Position numbers and translations under genes: made by a program
Shown: one piece after another, positions 33,801 to 44,391 of the stretch
Position numbering within the stretch: the stretch's first letter is position 1
How the letters are laid out: each line of letters opens with the position of its first letter
DNA from: Cyanophora paradoxa CCMP329
Taxonomy: Eukaryota; Plantae; Glaucophyta
Direction: 5' to 3'
NCBI GenBank assembly: GCA_004431415.1
Contig: QPMI01000054.1
Coordinates: forward strand, 372,001-436,000
DNA length: 64,000 bases
Notes under the pieces: model-generated
Told to the model about the DNA's origin: nothing
Database searches by the model: none
What the model saw: the letters and a program-made list of their open reading frames with translations, nothing else

Positions 33801-36800
33801 AGCTGCCATTGCTGCCAGTTCGCCAAGGCTGTGAAGCCGCGGCGAACCGCGATCGCAGTCATCGAGGCCGAGGGCCGGAATGACTTGTGGCAGGTGGACG
33901 TGTTCCACCTTGACCCGACGCCGCGCGGCAACCGGTATTTGGTTGCCTGGGTGAACGCGTGGGACAAGTACACGCGGCTGTACCCGAAAGCCGACCTGGA
34001 CGGCTGGTCCATGCTCGAAATGGGCCGAGACTTCGTCTCGAATGAGGGCGTGCCGCTGCGCCTCCTCATGGACAACGGGTCCAGCCTGAAGGGCGGCCCG
34101 TTCAACGAGTACTTCCGGAAGCTCGGGACTCGTTTCATTTACGCCGCTGCGTACCACCATTCGACGAATGGGCTGGTAGAGCGGCTGGGGGGCGTCGTGA
34201 AGACGCTGCTCCACGCGGCGTGCCGCGCCGAGCGCGAGCCGATGCACGAGTGGGACCAGCACGTGCACGAGGTGCAGCTGGCGCTCCGCACGACCGTGCA
34301 CGCGGCCACGGGCTACTCGCCCGCGCTCCTGCACCTGGGGCACGAGCTCACGCTGCCCGCGGACGTGCGCTTCGGGGTCGAGATGCTCGACACCCTTAGC
34401 TACGCCGACTACGTGTCAATCGTAGTGCGTTCCGCGAAGAGCCGCGAGGCTGCAGTGCGCGAGTACCGCCGCTGGTACCGCCGCCAAATGGTGCACCGGA
34501 CGGGTGACCTGCCGGACCGCCGCCGCTTCGGCGTGGGCGACAAAGTCCTGTGCTGGCTGGGCGACCGTGACAAGGGGTTGTTCAACTCCTGGGTCGGCCC
34601 TTTCACCGTCATGAGCGTGCACCCGGGCGGGTACACGTACGTCGTACGTGGCCTTGCGCGGCCCTACGGCGCGGTGGGCGCCGGCCGCCAGAAGGCGCGC
34701 GACACCCGTGAGACGATCGTGCATATCGACTGCATGATCCCGTTCCGCGTGCGAGACGCGAACGCGCCTGCACGGCCGGCCCGAGGGCGGCCCAAGGCGG
34801 CGGGTGGGCCGGCTGCCGCGGCCGCAGCGCCGGCGGCTCCGGCGGGAGCGGCTTAAGGGAAAGCCGGCTCCGAGCCGCGTCCCGACCCCACGCGAGGGCA
34901 AGGACATGAGAGCGGCTGCGCTAGCCCCTTGGCAGCGCTGAGCAAGAGATCGCCCGAGGCGGGCTGGATCGACGGGCCTCAGAGCCCCGCGCACAACGCG
35001 AAAGCCCCGAGCCGAGAGAAGAGGCTGCGGGCGGCCGTCAGCCTTGAGCACAGCTCGGCGCGGTGACAGGGTGCGAGTCCCTTGTAAAGACCCGGGCAAA
35101 TTGGATGAGCCGCGGGCGGCCGGTGGCCTTGAGCACAGCTCGGCACGGTGACAGGGCTGGGGCCCTCCGAAGACCTAGCCGAGCCCTAGGACGCGCCTCG
35201 CGTCTGCAGAAGGGTCGGTAGGCGGCTGTGACGCCGAGTTCTGCCTCGGGTACAGCGACAGGGGATGTCCATTCCCCTCCGTGTAAGACCTGGCGGTGTA
35301 CCAGGGCGCGCCTTGCGCCGGTGGGGGTACACGCAGGCGGTCGTTACGCCGGATCCCACTCCGGGTACGACGACTGGGGACGCAAAAATTCCCCCATTCA
35401 GGGCTCTGCACCGGGGACGCTCGGTGGCAGTTCGCCTGGGAGGGTCACGTCCCCTCGCAATGGACGTGCATGCACGGGTCGGGCAGGGCACCTGCCGTCA
35501 CGAGTGACGGTGGTTTGAGCCCTGTGGGCGGCGCCTAGCCTCGCCCTGGAGATCCCTAGCTCCACCGCCGTCGGGGTCCCCCGATTCGATGCCGTGCAAT
35601 TGCTGTGGGAGCGCGGCTTGTGCCTAGGCAGCGTCGCACGACGGGCTGCATATCCCTAAGCGCTGGGACGGGCATATTGCTGTGGGCTATCGAGTGCCAT
35701 CGCGACGCTACGCCCGCGTTGCTGTTGCAGCGTGCGCTCTTGCGGCTAACGTGCTGCGCGATGAGGGCAGGGCCCCCTCGGCTTCTGTCTCCGTACCGCT
35801 CGCCTCGTGCGGGTTTGCCTGGGCCGCCGGCCCGAAGTTGGACCTTGCCCCCTGGGCACTACACGCTGGAGTCGTACCGGCACCCGCCGGGCGACAGCCT
35901 TTTTCGATTCCCGGCAGTCGCCGGACGTAGACGGGCTCGGCGTCTTTTCGATTCCCGGCAGTAGCCGGTGACGCCGACCGTGAGTGGCTCGGAGCCTTTT
36001 TTCGATTCCCGGCAGTAGCCGGTAGCTCCGAGCGTTTGTGTATAGCGGCCGGGGTCGCGTTGTATAGAGAGCTCAGGCTCGATCAAATTCCTGGCTTCCC
36101 CGGCCCTCTCTCTGTTCGCCTTCGGGCGTAGACCCGCGCGGACGCGGGATCCGAGAGGAGGAGTTGTCGCATCCGACTTTACAGTGGATGCTCGATTGTG
36201 AGCCGCTAGGGCTCTAGATGATGTATGCAGCCTTCGTGCTGCTAGGCCGACGGCGCCTAGGCTAGTTAGAGCGCCGCGGTCATTTGTATGCGTGTGTCGG
36301 GGTACGCCGTAGTTGGACGGGTACACCCTCAGTCTACCATCACGGTGGCTAACAGCAGCAGCACTCGCCAAACCCCGCCCTGCCGAGCTTGCACTCCGCA
36401 CGGGCTTCTCGCGCGCACGATTAGACACACTAATCTCGCACGCGACAATATGCATTGTATATATATATGGCCAGCGCCTGATGACATGATCATGATGGCC
36501 GCAAGCCCGAGTCCTAGATCTAGATCCGACATATATATCTTCATGTTATATAAATCTTCATGTCTAGAGCTGGGCCGTTGCTTTCTCTAGATCTCGCGCG
36601 CCGACCTCACCTTCGATTCTCTCACACTCTCTGCCTGCGCAGCGACCGTCGCGCGCGCCGACAACAAGTACGCGAACGGCAACGCCGACGGCAAGCTCCA
36701 CATCAACGAGTGCGCCTCTCGAGCCCCCTCCCAATCTCGAGCTCCGGCCTAAGGAAGCTGCGTCTGTGTGCACGCGGCCTCTATTCTGACCGTACGCGTT

Positions 36801-38490
36801 CCTCGGGGGCGGCGCGCAGGTGGGTGAACTGCGGCGGCCACAACACGCAGTCGGACGCTTTGGATGCGGCGGCGGAGGCCGAGGTCGACACCATCTGCCC
36901 CTGCGATATCCCGAAGTGCCAGGAGCTCCCGCCCATCCCCGCGTGCCCCGCCGTGCGCCCGCGCCCGGCCTCTACAAGCAGCCCCCAGCTGCAGGCCATG
37001 GCCATCTAGATCTGCATACGAATCTTAAGGCGCGGGCCGCAGACCGATGTCAGCAGCCTGGCGACCGCGAACGCTGTCAGCTCGCTGGACGCCAAGATCG
37101 ACGGGCTCGACTTCGACTGCAACTGCCCCGAGGTACAGCGAAAGAGCGCGCGCGAGGCCTCTAGCTTCGCGATCGCACTCACGCCAAGTGCAGGTCGACC
37201 TGTCGGAGATCCTTAGCAAGCTCGACTCGCTCGCCAGCGACGTGACCGACATCAAGGGCGACGTGTCCACCATCAAGACCGACGTGACCGACATCAAGGG
37301 CGACGTGTCCACCATCAAGACCGACGTGTCCACCATCAAGACCGACGTGACCGACATCAAGGGCGATGTGTCCACCATCAAGACCGACGTGTCCACCATC
37401 AAGACCGACGTGAACAACATCCAGGGCGACGTGACCACCATTAAGGGCGACGTGTCCACCATCAAGACCGACGTGTCCACCGTCAACACCAAGGTGCGAT
37501 TTGCGTATTTGTACTAACAGAAGATGCCAACGGCAGATTTCTTAACCGCCTGCCGGGCAGGTCGACAACCTGAGCACCCAGATCGACAACTGTGCGCTGT
37601 CTTGCAACTGCAGCTGATCGTGACTAGCCCCTCACCGATCTGACGTGCGCATGCGCAGCGACCAAGACCATCACCGGCGCCGTCGGCGACTCGACGACCA
37701 CGATCACGGGGGCGATCACCTCCGCGACCACCACGATCACCGGCGCCGTCGACAACGCCGTCACCACGATCAACAGCAACACCGACAGCTCGGTCAAGAA
37801 TGGTGAGCTCGAGCGCGGATAAAATTAAATGACTAGATGCATACGGGTTTTTGAAAAATCGACGATGTGCTTTATAATTAGATTGATTCCGCGCCTGACG
37901 CGGGTCGCGGCAGCGGCCACGGACATCAAGAACCACATCGACAACACGGCCACGAACATCATCAACGACACGAAGACCAACATCGACAACTCGGCCAAGA
38001 CCGTCATCGGCGACACGAAGACCAACATCGACAACTCGGCCACCAAGATCATCGGCGACACTCAGACCAACATCGACACCTCGGCCAAGACCATCCAGGG
38101 CGACATCACCAACGCGACGACCAACATCACCAACCACGTCGATGGCGCCGAGGAGGACATCAAGGCGAAGGTCGCCGAGGTGAGCTTTTGCGGCGCCTGC
38201 GCGGGGCCTGGGTCGCGACGGCTGACCGCTCGAGCCGCGCAGATCGAGCAGCTGGACATCGTCGCGTCGTTCACCAAGAACCCGAACGTGACCTGCTCGG
38301 CCGCCCAGAGCATCAACACCGTCGAGACCTTCGACGCCGCGGTGCGCCCTGGGACCCCGCGCCGCCCGCCGGCCGGCCGCGACCGACGGGGCGGGGGCGG
38401 CGGCAGTACGGCGACGACGACCTCGACTTCGTGGAGGCGGATCTCGCCGCCGACGCCGCCTTCGCGGCCGACGAGGCCTACGACGCGTAG
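18832..38490 (+). CDS. Host EF-hand plus long coiled-coil repeat protein; intron 19464-36642 contains the Gypsy element
   Basis: Exons upstream of the LTR encode EF-hand DTNHDNFASQAEL and VGLYD. GAT G|gt...ag|CG ACC splices in phase to ATVARADNKYANGNADGKLHINEW (second EF-hand-like loop). Cys/Pro linkers, DVSTIKT heptads, 11- and 15-residue repeats and an acidic tail follow, ending at TAG 38490. The start at ATG 18832 is inferred. Confidence 0.75.
19506..19788 (+). repeat. 5' LTR
   Basis: No differences seen from 36165-36447; TG...CA ends with a 6-bp inverted repeat. Confidence 0.96.
19789..19813 (+). other. Primer-binding site, complementary to a tRNA 3' end (tRNA-Sec geometry)
   Basis: GGCGCCATTCTGCCGGAATCGAACC follows the LTR directly. 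Its reverse complement reads GG-TTCGATT-CCGG-CAGAATGGC-G-CC. Confidence 0.75.
20279..34856 (+). CDS. Gag-Pol polyprotein region (about 4,850 codons if frameshifts are repaired) with a large unknown insert
   Basis: Overlapping ORFs encode the zinc knuckle CWTCGSLDHMRRDC (21844-21885), aspartic protease ILFDTGA (about 29145), RT, RNase H and integrase. Junctions such as about 21260, 25345, 31047 and 32055 are repaired by adding one C or G to a run. Confidence 0.8.
30661..32063 (+). CDS. Reverse transcriptase and RNase H domains (Ty3/Gypsy)
   Basis: [66 protein letters not shown]. Confidence 0.97.
33357..34856 (+). CDS. Integrase domain (Ty3/Gypsy)
   Basis: HHCC (YHDGWGH...CHCC), DDE triad (WQVD, MDNG, NGLVER) and a GDKV...WVGPF motif. 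No chromodomain recognised. Confidence 0.95.
   Translation: MRAAAFLDGPLPEALRHMFPARRVRLLAAQKADSLCRKLFSWHENGVNEARCTRASCQTGDCYLCSQAKAAFVKFAQKFDVDTDGVLVRRPAAPHGRFVPVLPESWQDRVLYAYHDGWGHRGASIVARRILLRFWWPGMLAAVARYVRSCHCCQFAKAVKPRRTAIAVIEAEGRNDLWQVDVFHLDPTPRGNRYLVAWVNAWDKYTRLYPKADLDGWSMLEMGRDFVSNEGVPLRLLMDNGSSLKGGPFNEYFRKLGTRFIYAAAYHHSTNGLVERLGGVVKTLLHAACRAEREPMHEWDQHVHEVQLALRTTVHAATGYSPALLHLGHELTLPADVRFGVEMLDTLSYADYVSIVVRSAKSREAAVREYRRWYRRQMVHRTGDLPDRRRFGVGDKVLCWLGDRDKGLFNSWVGPFTVMSVHPGGYTYVVRGLARPYGAVGAGRQKARDTRETIVHIDCMIPFRVRDANAPARPARGRPKAAGGPAAAAAAPAAPAGAA
35897..36022 (+). repeat. Three hairpin-containing repeats in the retrotransposon 3' UTR
   Basis: TTTTCGATTCCCGGCAGT(A/C)GCCGG x3, each with a CCGGC-N4-GCCGG stem-loop. 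Confidence 0.85.
36153..36163 (+). other. Polypurine tract
   Basis: GAGAGGAGGAG, one base upstream of the 3' LTR. Confidence 0.85.
36165..36447 (+). repeat. 3' LTR
   Basis: No differences seen from 19506-19788. Confidence 0.96.
37239..37492 (+). repeat. 21-bp coding tandem repeat (heptad DV[ST][TD]IK[GT])
   Basis: GACGTGTCCACCATCAAGACC / GACGTGACCGACATCAAGGGC units, about 12 copies. Confidence 0.9.
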
Positions 38491-39957
38491 AGCGCGCCCC
38501 GCTCTCGGGCGTGGACCCTTTGGCCGCGTGCACATGTGGCCGATGTCTGCAGCTGTACATGTAGACGTCGCTGCCGCGGCCGCGGCCGCTTTCGGTCGTC
38601 CTTTTTGTTGAATTTACGTGTACATGTGGATTGGATCATGATGATGAAAATATACTTAGAGATTATAATCAAAGAAGATGGAATACGTGTGCGCAATTGT
38701 TTGTTGTATGTACACGTACGCGTCTTGCGCGCTCGTGTGTGTTGATTCGGGCGTCCGACGGTCTTGCTGTTCGTGTAGGACATGTACACTGATCATGATC
38801 AGCTGCGCATGCGCATCATGGGCATGCATATGCCAATATCATGATGATGCATATGCCGCATGCATATGCGCGGCGCATATGCATGCGAATGTACTCCCAT
38901 GACCAGCTGCAGCTGCAGGATGATATATACGCACGGATCCGGATATCGATATCGATGCTCTAGATCTGGATTCGAATTCGAACTGATCAGGAAGCCGCTG
39001 ATCATGATCATGAGATCTAAGATTTGCCAAGCGCCAGCTGCGCATGCAGGCCGCCGCGGCCGGCGCCGGCCGATCGATTTCGAGCTGATCAAGACTCTCA
39101 GTGAACCGTTGAACGCGATTAACGCCCCGATCGATATCCGCACTCCGAACCATACGCATGCGCATGCTCTCTATAGCTACTTAAGCTTAAGCTTGAGCAT
39201 GTCCCGCCGGGCCGATCATCGAATTCGAACATGGCGGCCCGGGCCAAATTCCACGGGCACGGGTTGAATTGGCAATTGCAATGCCTGGCAATGCCTGGCG
39301 ATGCCTGGCAAGCGTCGCCAAGCGCGCGCGCGAAGTCATGTGTATGCGCCAAATATTAACGTGCATATGCATGCGCCAATATTAATGGCCAATTGCAATT
39401 GCACGCTTCATGATCAGGCCGCAACGTTAACGGACCGCAAGGCCGCAAGCTTAATTGGAAACGGGGTAGGGCACCGTAGGGGCCGTAGGGCCCCCGGCCC
39501 GGCCCGTTTCCTGTCGACGTACTTTTTTTAGCGGCTGCTTCGCGATTCAATGATTCGCTGATTCGGCTGCGCTGTGACACGCGCTCCGGGATCCTCGCTG
39601 CGGCCGAGTCGAGCTCAAATGCGATTTGATCATGATCATGAATATTAATTTGAAGCAGTTGCTAATATAACTCAGTGCACGTGACTGCCGCCGAGCCGAT
39701 CCGCCCGATCTGCTCTGCTAGCGCTGCTCTCAACTTAGAGTCTCAAGGGTCAATTCTCAGCGCTAGCTGCAGACTGATCTCCTGTGCTGCTTTCAGCTGC
39801 CAGTGCAGACTCTAGACTCTCAGAACGAGCCGGCACTTTCGGGGCGTCGCCGAAGTGCCGAAGCCCGTGGCCGGGGTAGAGGTTCAGACGAAGCGAAACT
39901 CTTTGGGTGACTCGCGGGAGGGCTTTTGCACTCGGGAGTGGCACTTTTTGAGCACCT

Positions 39958-42900
39958 GTGGCACCGCAGCAGCACGCCAGTGAGCCCCGGCGACTCCGAG
40001 GTCGCTCGGAGCATCAGTCTGAATTCGAAGCAGCGCTATCCGCGTTCGCCGCGCCGTCCAGCGATGATGGTGCTCGAGCGCTGCGGATGAGTCACAGCTA
40101 CGCGACGGCGGGGGCGCTCGCTCCGGCGCTGGCGGTGCCTCCGCCCGCGCCCCCGCCCCCGCCAGCGCCGGTTGCGGCTCCGGCAGCTGCAGCGCAAGCG
40201 GCTCCAGCAGGCGCAGCGGCGGCATCGACGGCGCATGCGGCCGCGCCCGGCGCGAGGCCCGCGAACGGGCGCCCGCGCCCGGCGGTGGCCGTCGACAGCG
40301 TCTGGGCGTGCCAGAAGTTCTCGTACAGGGAGATCGAGGAGCTGACTGGCCGCTTCGAGAGCGAGATCGGCCGCGGCGCCTACGGATGCGTCTACAGGTG
40401 CGATCCGGATCCCACCGCGCTCCGCCGGCGCTCCGCCGGCAGGCGCGGGCGACGGAGGGGGCGCAGGGGGCGGTGGCGGGGCCGGGAGCTGGCGGTGAAG
40501 CGGCTGGACGCGGCGCTGAGCGCCGACGTGGCGCGCTCCGTGAGCGAGGCCGAGATCCGCGTCCTCAGCGGCCTCCACCACCCGAACCTCCTCGAGGCGC
40601 CCGCCCCGCCCGCCCCGCCCGCCCCGCCCGCCCCGCCCTCCTCACGGGCAGCAGCTGGTGGGGTACGCGGGGCGGAGGGCCCGCCGGAGGCCCGCACGCC
40701 GCCCTGCCTCGTCTACGTGCTAGCCCCCAACGGCAACCTGCGGGCGCGCCCCGCCGCCGCCGCCCGCCCGCCCGCCCGCACGCCGCCGGCGCCTGACGGA
40801 GCGCAGGACGCGCTGGGACGCACGGGGTACGCGGACCGGATGCGAGTCGCCATCGGCGTCGCGCGCGGCCTGGCCTTCATGCACTGCGCCAAGGCCCGCC
40901 CCGCCCCGCCCCTCGCGCCGCCCCTCGGCCGCCGAGCGGGGGCCGCGCGCGCAGCCGTCGCCGGTGTGCCACCGGGACATCAAGCCGGAGAACATCCTCC
41001 TGGACGCCCGCATGAACCCCCTCATCGGCGGTCCCCGCCCCGCCCGCCCCGCAGCCGCCGCGCCGCTGAGAGGCGCGGGCCGCGCAGACGCCGGCCTCTC
41101 GCGGCTGATGCCGGCGCGCGAGCTCAGCACCCGCGTCTCCTCCGCCGTCGAGGGTTCGCCCCCGCCCGCTTCGCCCGCCCCGCCCCGCCCGCCCGGGCTC
41201 GACCGCCCCGCCCCGCCCCGCCCCGCCGCAGGCTGCTTCCCTACCTCTGCCCGACTACTTCCGGTGCCGCGCCCCGCCCCGTCCCCGCCCCGGCGAGCGG
41301 GCGCGACGCGGGCGGGCGCAGGACGGGCAGCTGACGCTGCGGGCCGACGTCTACTCCTTCGGCGTCGTGCGCCCCCGCGGGGCGCCCCGGGCCGGGAGAG
41401 GCGCGGGGGCGGGCGGGCCGGGCGGCGTGGTGAGCCGGGCGGGCGGGGGGGCGGCAGGTGCTGCTGGAGCTCGTCTCGGGCCTGCGCGCCGTCGACCGCG
41501 CCCGCAAGCCCGTCTACCTCGTCGACTTCGCCAAGGTACCCCCCGCCCCTCGCGTCTCCTTCCTGTACCCCCCTCTCACGAGCTCGGGCAGGCGTACCTG
41601 CGGGAGCGCGGCGGCCTTAACCGCGCCTTCGTCGAGACCCCGCGCCTCGACGGGCTCGTCGACCCCCGGTACCCCCCCAGCGAACGTTTTTTCGATCACC
41701 GTACCCCCGTCCCTGACCCCCTGCCCCCGTCCCAGGGTGCAGGACTTCCCCGTCCTGTGGATCCAGGGGTGCCTGAAGCTCGCCCTTGAGTGCGCCGTAC
41801 CCGGCCGGGCGCCCGCCGCGGCGCCGACGTACCCCTCTGCCGCCTCAGATGCGTCCGCTCGTCGCCTGAGCGCCGCCCCGAGATGGCCGGTGCCCTCGCC
41901 CGGCGCCGCGTACCCCTCCTGCCCCTCACCCCCCGGCCAGCCGTGCTGCGCACCCTGGTGGTGCTGCGCCGGCTGAACACGGTGGCTCTCTCGCGCTCCC
42001 TCGCCGCCCTCCGCGGGCACCAGCCCCTCCCGCTCGTGCGCGCGTACCCCCTCGCCCCTCCGGCCACTCACCGTTACCGTTACCCCCCCGCAGGAGACGC
42101 AGCCGCCGGGCAGCCCGGGGCCGCGCGAGGCGGGGGACGAGCGGCGCCCGAGCTCCGGCGGCGGCGCCGGGTGCGCCGCCGCCCCAGACGGCCCCTGTAC
42201 CCCGCCGATCGCGCCGCGCCCAGGCTGGGCGAGCTGGACGCGGCGGGCTCGGTGCGGGACTCGGCGCACGACCTTGAGACCCGCGGCGCCATCTCCGCCT
42301 GCGTCCCCGTGCGCCCCCGCACCCTGCGAGCCCCCCGCCCGTACCCCCGCGGGCGACCGTACCCCCCCCCCCCAGGAGCTGCCGGGGAGCGTGGCGGCGT
42401 CGGTGGAGGGCCACCTGAGGACGACGGACCCCGTGCAGCGCCTCCTCGGCACCGTCCGCCCCCGCCGCCCGCGGCCCCAACGCGCTCGAGCCCCTCACCC
42501 CGCACCCTCTCCCCGCCAGATCCCCGACGTCGCCCAACAGCTCGCCCAGGCGCGCCCCGCCCCGGCCCCGGCCCCCGCCCGCCCGGCCGCCTCGGAGCGA
42601 GCGAACTACGCGGGCAGTTCACGGGGGCGGTGCTGGTGGCGCTGGCGCTGCACGTGCCGGCGCCGCCGGCCGTCGCCGCCGCCCTCCACGCCGCCTGCCT
42701 CCGCGAGGCCCACGCCGCCCGCCCGGGCCCCAGCTCGCCGTCCGCTGCCCCCTCCCCGCCCCCTCCTCCGCCGCCCCGCCCCGTTAACGTTCACCCCCCG
42801 GCAGGCCTGGTGCCGCCTCACCGACGCCGCCCTGGAGGTGCGCGCCCGCGCCCCGCCCCGGGCGGCCGCCGCCGCGCCTCAAAGCGGGCGGCGCGGGCCC

Positions 42901-44250
42901 CAGTACCTGCCGTTCACGGGGTGGTGGCGCGGCTGCGGGCGACGGGCGCCGCCGAGTTCGCCCGCGCCGTCCTCCGCCTCCGCAACAACTCCGCCCTCGT
43001 CCGCCCGCCCCCGCCCGCCCCGCCCCGCCCGCCCCGCCTCGAGCTGGCCCCGCGGCAGTTCCCGTTCTCGTGCGGGGCGGACGCGGGGGCGCTGCGGGAG
43101 GTGGACGCCGCCCTCCGCGCCGCCCTCGCCGCCCTCGTCGACCTCCTCCGCGAGCACGGCCCGCCCGCGCCCCGGCCCCGCCCCTGCCGCCCCGCCTTGT
43201 GACGCTTCCCCGCGCGCCTCAGTGCTCTTTGCCGCGGGCCGCCCGGGGCCCCTTCCGCCCCGTCTGCGGCCTCCCCGTCCTCGACCCCGCCCCGCCGACG
43301 CGAGGCCCGCCCGCCCCCTCCCCCTCGAGGGATGCACCCCGGGCGACTCTGAGGGCGGCGCAGGCGGCGGGCGCGTGGCGGCGCTGGAGGCGCGCTGGCG
43401 GGCGGAGGGGCGCCCGCCCCTCGCCCCGCACCACGTCTACCTCGCCCGCGCCGACGGCGGCGAGCTCATGCCGGCAGGCCCGCCTGCCCCGCTCCCCCTG
43501 CCCCTCTCGTTGCTCACGTACCCCGCTGAGAGCGTCGTACCCCGCAGCCTGATCGGGGCGGTGGATCTGTTCCCCTTCCTCTTCGCGGAGGCCCTGCTGG
43601 GCGCCGGGAGGGGGCCGGAGGCGGGAGAGCTCGAGGCGCCGGCGGGGGCGCGGGGGCGGGCCCCGGGGCGGCGGGGCGGCCCCGGCCCCGTCCCCGCAGC
43701 GCGAGCGCGTCGCCGCCTTCCACCACATGGAGGTGCGCCCCCCCGGGGCCCGGGGGCCCCTCTCTGGATCTGTCAGACGTGATGCTTGTCATTCACGAGA
43801 AGTCATCGTTGAATTTAAGAAGCCTAGACTGAGCGTTTCCGCGCCCGTTCCGTGCGGCCCGCCATGCGCCGGCCTCCGACGCCGCGCGGGGCGGGGCAGG
43901 AGGTGGCGGAGGACCGGCGGCTGGCGCCCGTCTTCTGCTGCTTCTCGGGGGCCCCGCCCCTCTACAAGAGCTTCCGGAGGTCCCCCCCGCCCCGCCCCGC
44001 CCCTCGGAGGGCTCCTTTCCCTCCTGTCGCCCCTGACGCGGGGCGCGGGGCGCAGGGTGGACCCCGAGGACGGCCCGCACCCCGTGCTCGCCAGCCCCCT
44101 CTTCGCCCCCCTCGCCCGCCCGCCCCCGCCGGCCGCGGCGACCGGGCCCGGGCCCCCCGCGAGCCCCTCCTCCCCGCCCCCGCCCCCGCCCCGGCCCCGG
44201 CCCCGCCTTCCCCCAGCGCTCGCCCCCGCCCTCCCGCCGGCCCTACTAGC
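39958..44250 (+). CDS. Pelle/IRAK/RLK-type Ser/Thr protein kinase with long C-terminal extension, multi-exon (ends approximate)
   Basis: KFSYREIEELT, IGRGAYGCVY, LAVKRL, HHPNLLE|LVGY, CLVY, RMRVAIGVARGLAFMH, HRDIKPENILLD, DAG, ADVYSFGVVLLELVSG. Confidence 0.85.
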
Positions 44251-44391
44251 ACGAGCCGACGTCCCCGCCGGGACCATCTGTTACTCGAGAGCATTCGCGT
44301 CTGACTCTTCGGTCGATGAACGACACGTCAATGCAGACAGTCTATTGAAAAAGATAGACGAGAGTGCGGCCAGAAGAGAAGAGAGCGGGGC

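Larger units (their letters stand above)
19506..36447 (+). mobile_element. Very large Ty3/Gypsy LTR retrotransposon, 16,942 bp
   Basis: 283-bp direct LTRs (TGTCGC...GCGACA), 5-bp TSD ATATG (19501-19505, 36448-36452), PBS, PPT and domain order gag-PR-RT-RH-IN. Confidence 0.97.

Noticed and set aside
21040-34343. Long minus-strand ORFs (e.g. 22990-24915, 26391-28034, 31026-32810, 33084-34343)
   Set aside because: They are antisense shadows of GC3-biased Gag-Pol codons and carry no motifs.
34857-36152. env-like or antisense gene in the 3' region
   Set aside because: No ORF with a signal peptide/TM pattern or convincing codon bias was found; the region is repeat-rich.
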